Shown here: positions 52,793 to 64,000 of the stretch, in pieces
Numbering within the stretch: the stretch's first letter is position 1
Layout of the letters: each line of letters begins with the position of its first letter
NCBI RefSeq assembly: GCF_009914755.1
Contig: NC_060937.1
Source: the human T2T-CHM13v2.0 reference genome, Homo sapiens
Strand: one strand, 5' to 3'
Length of the DNA stretch: 64,000 nucleotides
Program-made: the position numbers and the translations under genes
Notes under the pieces: generated by a model
The model's input: the letters and a program-made list of their open reading frames with translations, nothing else
Told to the model about the DNA's origin: nothing
Databases searched by the model: none

Positions 52793-53005
52793 AAGGTGCA
52801 TACATACAACAAGGAAAGGTCAGATGAGGACACAGCAAGAAGGTGGCCATCAACAGGTCAGGAAGAGAGCCTCACCAGAATTGGACCATGCTAGAAACCT
52901 GATCTCACACTTCTAGCACCCTGAAACTATGAGAAAATAAGTTTCTGTTGTTTAAGCTACCTAGCGTATGGTATTTTGTTGTGGCAGCCTGAGCAGACAA
53001 ATACA
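52567..53005 (+). mobile_element. MLT1A-type solo LTR containing a (TC)n microsatellite (52721-52792)
   Basis: tgctgtagattgaattgtttcccc ... gcagcctgagcagacaaataca. Confidence 0.88.
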
Positions 53006-53342
53006 AAAGCTATCTGAGTCAAATACAAGGCAAAAAAGTCTTTAAGCTACTTTGTGGAAGTGGGTGTTTGGGGCTCTTTCCTGCACCAGGCATCAGATAC
53101 CACTGGCACAAGCAGTAGCTGGCTGCAAAAAGGGCTGAAGAGGCCACCATCTCCTGTTCCCTGCTTAGAGCTGAAGACAAATGAGAGAGCCAGGAGCACT
53201 CCACTCTTCTCTACACCATGCCAGCCTGGGGGAATGCAACATGATCAAATAACAGTATAAATTACATTTTCTAAATTCTGCCCCCATCCTCTATTAAAGG
53301 AACTTCGACCTTCTCCAAAGGTCCTGTATGCCCCCTGAATAA

Positions 53343-53675
<333 letters not shown>

Positions 53676-55357
53676 CAGGGAATTTAGAATTTGTACCACA
53701 GACCAGTATCTCCCACACTGATGCCTGATAGAACTGATCCCATGGGACTTACTGTGGAAGAAAAAAAACTGTCAGGGTGGAGAGGGGGGTGTTCACGGCC
53801 AAATGAGAAAGGGAACCACCACATTGGACATCTCCTCGACAACATCCAAGGCTTTCAGGAATCCTTTATGAAAACTACTATCCCCAGAGTTAATTTGTTT
53901 TACTTTGTTTACCCTAGCGTTTTCAAACTTTAAAAACCTTTCTTTTGGTCGAAGGCAATTACCACATTTTTTGGAACCTACTTTGGGAAATGCTGCTTTA
54001 AGTTAGGCAGTAGTAACTGAAGATGTTTGAAGGAGAAAATTGACCTACCTAAACCAATACAATTGGAAAATTAATGTGAAGTTCAGAAAGCATTGAAGAG
54101 AAGGGAAAGAATAATCAATAAAGAAGTTTTGGCCAGAGTTGAGATAAAGCTATACAGATCCAGACCTCAGGGGCTGCAGTGAGAATGGAAAAGAAGAGTG
54201 AAAATAAAATAAATTGTTGCAGGAGTTGGCAGAAATTGTTTACTGACAATTTAGGAAGATGCCAAAGGAGAGAAAGGAGATAAGGTTTAGCACCTGGTTT
54301 CTGATTAAAAGAATAATTTCGTGACTGAGAGAAATAAGAGATACCAGAAAGAGAAAGGTGGCAAATTTGACTTCAGATATGGGAATTTTATTTTCATGAT
54401 TCAGGGAACTTATTTCTCTTGGTCTACTATGTATTCCCAATGCTTGATCCATGGTAAGTTTGTAATTAATGTGATTGAATAACTGAAAAATACTCCAATC
54501 AGAAACTTTAGCAAAATATGTAAGAAAAAAAACACATAGGTACTTCTGCGCCCAGGGGTAGTACTGAGTCTGTGAATAAGGCTGCAGATAAACCAAAATC
54601 AAGTCATCTTTGTTTTGTACATCATCTCTTCCTAAATCTACATGTGAAACAGGAATTAGGGGTCCTGATATCCAGAAAAAGAAATGTTGAAGAATGGAGA
54701 TATCCCTTTTCCAACACTAAATAAGCTGCATTTTAAGAAAGACAAATGTGGAAATAGAACCATCAAAGGACATAAAAATAGTAATCATTAGGGTGCGAGA
54801 TGGGATAGAAAAACCAAAAAGAGTGATGGAAATGAAGTCAAAAGGGAAAAAAAGGAAGATTAAATCAAAAGCCCTCAATGTAGATGGGATTTTATGTATA
54901 TTTTTATATTCTTAAAATTTATTATTTTTATGTGAAAAAAACATACCCTCCACCTCAAGAAAGAGAAGGAGAAAAATAGAGCTTTAAAAATTGCATGCTT
55001 CAGGCTTGTGGAAATCTATTGTCTGCCAGCATCAGACATGGTATTTACTTCAGGCCATATTCAGCCATGTACAGTATTTCAAAACTGCCACCTAGTAATT
55101 TAAAATGACAAGAAAAATAATATAATGGATGCATGCCTGATTTCTCCTTCTCTCCATCCCACAATAAAGGTGAGGGGTCTGAAGGCTCTTGATTATTCTC
55201 TCAGCAGAAGTAGCAAAGACTTTGAAAAGAGCGATGTTGGATTTGATTTCTACTTGGATGTTTCATTTCATGCCCTGAAGCTCATCAATTCATTCCCCAG
55301 GAAGGAAAGAAGCACACTATGAGGACAGTGGTATGGTGCAGGAGGAGGGACTGGTGG

Positions 55358-55707
55358 TGCATGGTCTGCACTTTTGTGTCTCCCCAAAATGCTTATGTTG
55401 AAACCTGTTCAACAATGTGATGGTATCAGGAGGGAAGTGATTAGGTCAGGAGGGTGGAGTCCTCATGCATGGGATTAGTGCCCTTATAAAAGAGGCCTGA
55501 GGGAGCTTGTTTGCTCTTCCACTTGTGAGGACACAGAGAGAAGGAATCATCTGTGAACAAGGAAACAGGCCTTCACTAGACACTAAATCTGCTGGCACAT
55601 TGATCTTGGATTTCCCCGCCTCCAGAACTGTGAGAAATAAATTTCTGTTATTTGTGAGCTACCCAGTTTGTAGTGCTTTGTTATAGTAGCCAGAATGAAG
55701 TAATGCA
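55358..55707 (+). mobile_element. MLT1A0-type solo LTR
   Basis: tgcatggtctg..tgtgtctccccaaaat, gggattagtgcccttataaaagagg, ccagaactgtgagaaataaatttctg. Confidence 0.88.
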
Positions 55708-56205
55708 GGGGGTGTTTCTGTTTTCCCTTATGTAGACTTCTTGCCCTTTCAGAGATGTGTACATAGAACCTTGTAGAGCACTGTACCTAAGTCTGACCTA
55801 GTCAGGAATTTAAAACTTTTGGAAATGCTTATGACAGAACCTCTTACGCTAGGGCCACAATCTACATTATCTCCCAAACTTATCTCCCATCTATTCTTCC
55901 CTGAATACTCTTTCCCCAAGCACCTGGGTTCACTCACAATTTACAAATGGACTCGTCTTCATTTATATTCCTCTGTCCATGCACCTTCTGTTCCCTCTGC
56001 ATTGAATTCCCTTCCCCCTGCCCAACTCTGAGATTTCCTTAAGAAGCATTCACCTCCTCAGGGAAACCTTTACTACTGCACTGCAAGGTGACTACCCACA
56101 GCCATGGAATGTGCCAATAGAGAGGTGAAGATTAAGCCTGGGGAAAACGAGGTTGATAACTATTAAAGATGCACTGCACATCCTTAATTTAAAAATATCA
56201 ATCTA

Positions 56206-56522
<317 letters not shown>

Positions 56523-57620
56523 TCAACAGCTACCAATATGACAAAACCAGAGACAGCTAGTTGCTTGAGACTCTTGGTGGAAGTACACAGCACCACCTAT
56601 GAAGTGTTCAGGCCAAAAAAAAAAAAAAAAATCAAACCTGAGTCTAATCAAGTTTCTCAACTGAATGCCTGATTATAGCAAACATAGGCAACAATGGCGC
56701 AAAGATGTTATCAACAAAATTCAGAGTGTGAGAAACTTTACGAATGATCAAATTTTGCCAACAATGCAATTGCAAGGAAAATAAAAAGATATGTAGAAGA
56801 TATGGAAAAAGATATGGAGGAAGCTTTAGCTTAAAATAGATTTAAAAGACATCACAGTCAGTTGCAATGTATAGGTCTTATTTAGATCCTGATTCAAACT
56901 AACTGTTTAAAAATACATGAAACATCAGGAATCTGATTTGTTAATATTAAAGAATTATTATTCATTTTAAGGTATCAGTATTGGTGTTATGGTAATGTTT
57001 GAAAAAGAGCTCTTGGGGCATCATAATACTCCCTACACCCCTGAACTCACTCCAACCCCAACAGTAAGATCCCATAACTTAGGGTTATCAGTGTAGATCC
57101 CAAGAAAATAAAAGCAACAAAATTTGTGACCTGTAAGATCAAAAGGGACCATCCCAGTGTACAACAGCAAATATTTGGAAGGAGATATGGACAGTTGCTG
57201 AAAGATAATTTTTAAAAGATTAAAAACATGACTCTTGGGCCAATATAAAATTAACATGTGTCAAAGATTGTATTCAACCCATTCATTAGTGAGGAAATCA
57301 CTAAAGTGGTTAAAACCAGTTATATATATATCAAATAAAAATGCTGAAATAAATCCGCTAATAGATACGGAACTGAATAATGTCTCAGATGGCAATAAAA
57401 TAAAATATTTAGGTCGTGTTTTCTACAGGTAGAAATCAACAGTCTCTAGTTGTCAAAATTCATTTGCATTGCTATAAACAAGAATCATTTGCTTTACTAA
57501 CAGTTTTTAACAAGTTAACTTCTTCCCCTAAAGTGATATAAAGTAGACTAGTCCATAGAAAGGCAATTGAAAATTACACACCACTATAGAATCATATAAT
57601 CCCCAGAAGGTTCACCAGAC

Positions 57621-58244
<624 letters not shown>

Positions 58245-58607
58245 TCCCCACAGCTTTTTTACTCCCCCTTGAGTGTAGGAAAAAAATCCTCCGAGTTGGG
58301 TAGAAATAGAGTTTTTACAGAAACCCAGAGGTATTCTTAACCTCTACCCACTTGAGTGAAGTACCAGGGCTATAGTAGGGGAAAGAATAATGGAACTTCC
58401 TTTAAATAAAGGGATCCAAGAAAAGAAAGAACCTGAGCCATGGTTTTCAGGTACAGTTCAGAGACACAGCAAACCTCAGAAAGAAGTTCCCCATCTGGGT
58501 GGTAGAGATTGGAAACAGCGGAGAACTTTTCTAGGAGCAGGAAGGGTGGAGACAACGCTTTGCGTTTTATAAGACCTAAGAGTTCAAAACCTAAATAGGA
58601 TGTGGGC

Positions 58608-59165
58608 TTTTTGTTGTTGTTGTTGTTGTTTCATATACACTTTAAGTTCTGGGGTACATGTGCAGAACGTACAGGTTTGTTTCACAGGTAAACACGTGCC
58701 ATAGTGGTTTGCTGCACCCATCAACCCGCCACCTACATTAGGTATTTCTCCTAATGTTCTCCCTGTCCTAGCCCCCACCCCTAGACAGGCCCCAGTGTGT
58801 GATGTTCCCCTCCCTGTGTCCATGTGTTCTGATTGTTCAACTCCCACTTATGAGTGAGAACCTGCAGTGTTTGGTTTTCTGTTCTTTTGATAGTTTGCTG
58901 AGAATGATAGTTTCCAGCTTCATCCATGTCCCTGCAAAGGGCATGAACTCATCCTTTTTTATGGCTGCATAGTATTCCATGGTGTATATGTACCACATTT
59001 TCTTTATCCAGTCTATCATTGATGGACATTTGGGTTGGTTCCAAGTCTTTGCTATTGTGAATAGTGCCACAATAAACATATGTGTGCATGTGTCTTTATA
59101 GTAGAATGATTTATAATCCTTTGGTTGTATACCCAATAATGGGATTGCTGGGTCAAATGGTATTT
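58608..59165 (-). mobile_element. L1PA (PA7-like) 3' end
   Basis: (TTG)n tail, 3' UTR, ORF2 C-terminal peptide IPFDPAIPLLG...TIAKTWNQPKCPSMIDWIKKMW. Confidence 0.93.
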
Positions 59166-60145
59166 GGTAAGAGAGACTGAACCAGAAGGTCAAGACTGAA
59201 GCTGAAACAAGGGAAGTTTCTGGGGGACACTTCCGAGAAAGATGCAGTGTGGACCATCTACTGGGTACCAGAGTGGACAAGTTGCATGTCAGAAGACTGC
59301 TGGCTCCAGGGAGCTGAGGGAAGCCCAGTCAGGACCCACAGGTCTCAGTGTGCATTAGAGGAAGCACCCCATTACCAGTATTGAGGGCCCAAAGGAGCAG
59401 TTCCTTCCTGGCACAGGACAGAGTCAGTACAGAGGAGAAGACAACTCTGACCCCTCCGCCACCACCACTTCTGTCCTTTTACCCACCACACAGTGAATCT
59501 GCAAGTCCACGGGGAAAGGTGGACATAAAATGTCCTGACTGTGACTGGGCTAAGTCTGAAGGGACTGAAAAAAATCACTGAATGTGACTGAAATTCCCAG
59601 CAGTGATTGTATTGAGTTTTATGCCACATTGAGAATGGGAGTTCAGAGCCCCAAAATAAAATGTTATAGACAATAAGGTTATATTTTTGCACACTCAAGT
59701 CTGTGACTATAAAATTTGTACCCGTACAAAGATAGGAAAGGTAGTCCTGCACTAACTCGAAAACTGAGATTTGCTTACAGATAGACATGGAGCTTGCTGT
59801 GGAAAAAATAAGACTGAACTGAAGAGAATGAAAAAATAAATAACCAATGGAAAAATCTGGACTCTGTGAATTGAACTATTCCCCAAAACCATAAGAGACA
59901 TTGGCCAATGCTCATTACATGGTTGTAAACAACCACAAAATGCCTGCAGCATAAAATCTAAATAACAGTTGGTTATTTTCAAAGCCTAATTTATTTTCAT
60001 GCATTTTAGCCACCACAAACAAATGATTTATACTCAGAAGATAGGAATATCCAGAAAACAGATATTCTAAGATTTCAATTTACTCATTGAGTTTTAATCA
60101 GAAGTATAAATCATTTATTAACCAAACAACTGCACATTAAGCATC

Positions 60146-60428
60146 TTTTTTTAGAATTTTTTTAGAATTCTATTTTATTTTGTTTTAAGTTTCAGGATAC
60201 ACATGCAGTACGTGCAGGTTTGTTACATAGGTAAATGTGTGCCATGGTGGTTTGCTGCACCTATCAACCCATCACCTAGGTATTAAGCCCCACATGCATT
60301 AGCTATTAAGCATGACCCTCTCCCTCTCCCCACCTTCCCTGACAGGCCCCCCAGTGTGTGTGTTCCCCTCCCTGTGTCCACGTGTTCTCATTGTTCAGCT
60401 CCCACTTATAAGTGAGAATATGTGGTGT
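60146..60428 (-). mobile_element. L1PA (PA8-PA10-like) 3' UTR fragment
   Basis: gtgcaggtttgttacataggtaaa, catcacctaggtattaagccc, cccacttataagtgagaa. Confidence 0.92.
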
Positions 60429-60429
60429 G

Positions 60430-61360
60430 CTAGATGGTGGCCTGATCACTGGGGATACAGCAGTAACAGGTGCATTAAATTGTTCTGCTGATACTTTTGT
60501 TCTATGGGGATACAGATAATCCTCCAAAACAAAGAAATGTATAACGTAACTGATAAAGAAATACAGAGCAAGTAAAGAGACACAGAGAGCAACATATGTT
60601 AGGTCAGGTATTCAGAGGAGTCTTCCCTGATAACGCAACCTTTGAGCAGAGTCATGAATTAATTGAATGAGTCATTGGTTGTCAGCGAAAGCATGTTGCA
60701 GAGAGGAGTTGTAGATTCAAAAAAATAACCCCAAGGATTCAAGTGTTTGAAGAACAGCAAGGAAGCCACAGAAGAAGAAATCAGTAAGCAAAAGCTGAAA
60801 ATGGTAGGAGGTAAGGATGGATAGGCAGCTGGGAGTGAGATTCATAGCCTTATAGGCCATGGCAACACTTACGGACCAGATTCTGATGAGATGGGAATCT
60901 TTTCAAGAGATGTGGAGGAGAAGCTTAGAATGATCTGGCTTGCTGCTGAGTTAAAAATAGAAGACAAAAGTTACAGATTGGAAACAGGAAGACTTAAGAG
61001 GTTTTGCAATGGTCCACCCAAGAGGTCCTGTTGGACTAATGTCATAACAATGGATTGGTGAGAAACTGTCATATTTAGAATACATTCAAAAGGTAATGTC
61101 AACAAGATGTGCTGATGGATTAAACATAGGGTGTGAAGAGGAGAAGAGTTGAAAATAATTCTCAGAGTTTTGCCCTGGAGTTATCATTTATTGAAGACTA
61201 AGTAAAAAGGCAGTTTGGCAGGAGCATCAAGAATTTGGAAATGTTAAGTAGATATTGGATATTTGAGTCTAGAATTCAGGAAAGAGATTAGGGCTGAGCA
61301 TATGATATGTATGGAAGTCTTCATCATATGGATAGCATGTAAAACCACGTCCTTTATGAG
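60430..61360 (-). mobile_element. L2 LINE fragment
   Basis: ggggatacagcagtaac, tttgaagaacagcaaggaagcca, gccttataggccatgg, atttgagtctagaattcaggaaagag. Confidence 0.75.
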
Positions 61361-61452
61361 TGTCTCAAGAGCACGTCTGTCTGAGGACTTTCAAATTTAT
61401 GAAGAAATGTTGTCAATTGACAGCCTGAAAACTCAAACTTGTAGAATAGATA

Positions 61453-64000
61453 TTTTTTATTTTTTATTCATATTTAAACCATCTTTATTTACAAAATACT
61501 ATCCTGAGAACTACAATTCCATTAAACTTCAATTTGAGAAAAGTGTAATCACTTAAGTAACAGCAGTTACTTAAACTGAAAATGAGATCAGTCAAAATTA
61601 CTTTTGAAGAAAGCAAAAATATTGTCAGGTTTCTTGCTGTGGTTCTGGATGTTCAGTAGCAGGCTCCTTTAAAGGCAGAATCAACCATGAAGGGAACTCG
61701 CTTCTACCTTCAGAATGTGGGATTGGGGTAAAATCCAGGTCTTGGATGAAAGTAAGGAGGTAAACCCCTCAGTGGACAGATGTTTCTCATTGCAAATGGA
61801 GCATGTGGTGGACCTGGGAAATCCCTTGGTGGAAAATAACCTTGTGAAGCTCCAAACATCGTTCCTGGAGGAGGTTGGGGGAAAAGAGGTCCTCTTCTCA
61901 TGAACGGGCACCTTGTGTCCACTGGAAACAATGGACCACTGATTGGAGCAAGAGGTAGAGGAATAAAGCCGGGGCCAGTTGCTTCATTTTCAGCAGGGAG
62001 AGATGAATCAGGCACATTTAAACTACCAGGATCATCTTTGGCATCATGTCTAGTGGATTCCATTTCTGAAGGCATTGACCCATCCATTTTATCCAAAGAA
62101 GGCATATTAAAACTTCTGAGTTCTGATGGTCCAGGCAGTCTATCAGAATTAGAATAAAATCTGTCTTCCCTTTGTGGAGGAAGAGCTGAATCAGGATATG
62201 ATTGTCCTGGTGGAGGAAACATCATCCTATGGTCCTGTTCCCATGGAGATGACAGGGACCCAGTGTCAGAAGGAGCTCTGTGAGGATCAGTTAACCTATC
62301 ACAGCTTGGTTCTCCTCTTTCATTGGTAATCTGATGGTCCAGAGGATTCTCTCGGCCGCTTGGGCTTCTTCCTCCTCCCGCTGGAAGCACAGGTGAGAGT
62401 CTGAGTGGATCCTCCAACAAAGTTTGAGGAGAGAGAAGTCCTCGTTTCAGATGAAGGCCGACCCAATGGTGAGGGACCATATGGGGAATGCTCTCTGCCA
62501 GATGCTGTATTTGAAACATCAAGTGCATTAGGATCTTTTTCTAAAACTTCAAATTTAAACTCTGTTTCAGTTAATTTTTGTTTGTTGTGAGCATTTTCTT
62601 TCCTTAAATCATTGAGGTTTCTTTCAGCAGTCCGAGCTGCCAACCAATTATCATGTCCTTTTTTCTCGTAGGAAATAACCTGCTTTTGATAAAAATGAAC
62701 AGTTCTCTCCAATTCTTCTTCAAGATCTTTGGCTAGCTTTCTATAGGTCTCCAGCTCTTCAGTGGCATGGCTGATCTTTTCTTCCACTTTAGAAAGCTTC
62801 TCTTCTTCCTCTATCCGGTAATTTTCCTCTATTGTCAATTTCCTGTGGAGTGTCATTTCATTTTCTTGATATAATTCAGTCATTATTTTAAGTTTCTATT
62901 GAAGCTTCTGATTCTCACTTTCAAAATATATGTTTTCTGACTGCAAAGATGCTTGTTGAGTCTGAAGATTTTTAATATGCTCTGTAAGCTCTTCCTTTGT
63001 TTTGTCCACTTCAGATAACTGAATAATAATGTGGTTTCTTTCTCCTTCTAAGGTTTTTAAAGAAACATTTAACTTAGCAGCATGAATCAGTTTCTTCAAA
63101 GCTACTTTTGGAGGATCATCTAAATAAGCACCATTTTCCGATTGACTGTTCACTTCTAATTCCAAGTTATCATCATCCGTTGTGTCTTCTTCAAGCACAG
63201 CAGCCTGATCGTTCATCATTGGCAAGTGTCCAGTCAGGGTCTTGATGTGATTTTATCATTTAGAACTTGTTCTGCATGTACTTTGGAGTCTTCAAATGTT
63301 ATTTTCTGTTTATTAAGTTCACTCACTTGTTCTTTCCATACTTCAGCTTCTTGCAAAAGCTGTTTCTGGCTTTCGTGCAGTTGAGAATTTTTATTCAAAG
63401 CATCTTTTATTGCTATTGCCCATCATTCTTCAGTCGCTTGAAAAATCTTGCAGATGATTTTGGCTTCAGCTATTTGTGATTTGAGGGATTTTGACTCATC
63501 TTCTAGAGATTGTATCCTTTTAGAAATATCCGCCATCAATTCATCTTGTTGAGAATGTTTAGATTTCTCTTAACTCTTTTTCTAGACAGAGGGTTTCATC
63601 CTCAAGTTCAGAATTGGACCTGTTCAGCTTTTCACAGGTTGCCTCCAAACTTCGTGCTTCTGCTACCGCCTTCTCAAAGCTGGCATCCTCTAAAGATGAC
63701 TCTACTTCATAGCCTTCATACTCTTTTTGAATAAGGCTAAATTTTTCAAGTAGTTTACATTTTTCTTCAATTAGTCCAGAAAGCGTTTCACCAAGTTTTT
63801 TCTCTCTTCCCACATAAAGCCGACTCCTAACCGATCTAAAACTTCTCCACAAAAAAAGGAGAACAACAAAAAATCCAACAACAGCTGCACATACCACCAG
63901 TTCCCATGGAAAACCATAAGGATTCGAATCTGCTGTCATACTCTCAGGTAGTGCTGCCACAACTCTGCGTAGCTCCTCCAGGACCAGCCCCAGGTAGGGC
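61453..64000 (-). pseudogene. CTAGE11P: CTAGE/MIA2 (cTAGE5)-family processed pseudogene; start codon lies just beyond the window. The family call is secure; the paralogue symbol is only a best guess from memory.
   Basis: Four collinear intronless ORF pieces give cTAGE TM ([25 protein letters not shown]), coiled coils ([21 protein letters not shown]) and proline-rich tail. Ancestral stop at 61625-61627 after EPQQET, AATAAA at 61484-61489, decayed poly(A) at 61453-61468. Nonsense codons at 63423-63425 and 62896-62898; frameshifts near 63570, 63255, 62435 and 61720. Confidence 0.93.
61484..61489 (-). terminator. Polyadenylation signal of the CTAGE retrocopy
   Basis: AATAAA (minus strand) 15 nt upstream of the A-rich tail remnant. 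Confidence 0.8.

Noticed and set aside
58837-59280. 147-aa ORF with recognisable peptide
   Set aside because: L1 ORF2 C-terminus read in from flanking DNA; a 5'-truncated inactive L1PA.
61710-63960. Intact CTAGE protein-coding gene
   Set aside because: At least two in-frame stops and four frameshifts break the reading frame.

Overview
Primate (human-like) non-genic DNA, rich in repeats and mostly AT-rich. I found no intact protein-coding gene, tRNA, rRNA or CRISPR array. The only gene-derived sequence is a multiply disabled, intronless CTAGE/MIA2-family processed pseudogene on the minus strand at the right edge (61453 to beyond 64000; best guess CTAGE11P). The rest is a transposon fossil record. 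An old L1 (about 6.6-15.5 kb) hosts three LTR-inside-LTR nests whose target-site duplications (TSDs) are still readable. There is also a complete MSTA MaLR provirus with a 304-codon stop-free internal frame, a 3'-truncated Tigger1 ending in a fold-back, about 14 Alus, L1PA/L2/MIR fragments and a cluster of hAT MITEs. One small CpG-rich element with a strong CTCF motif lies at about 43.5-43.9 kb. Almost all ORFs in the supplied track come from repeats or are chance frames. I do not see a previously undescribed biological system that the sequence can support; the findings are modest leads. Repeat subfamily names come from my recollection of consensus sequences and need RepeatMasker/Dfam confirmation. 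Boundaries without TSDs are approximate.
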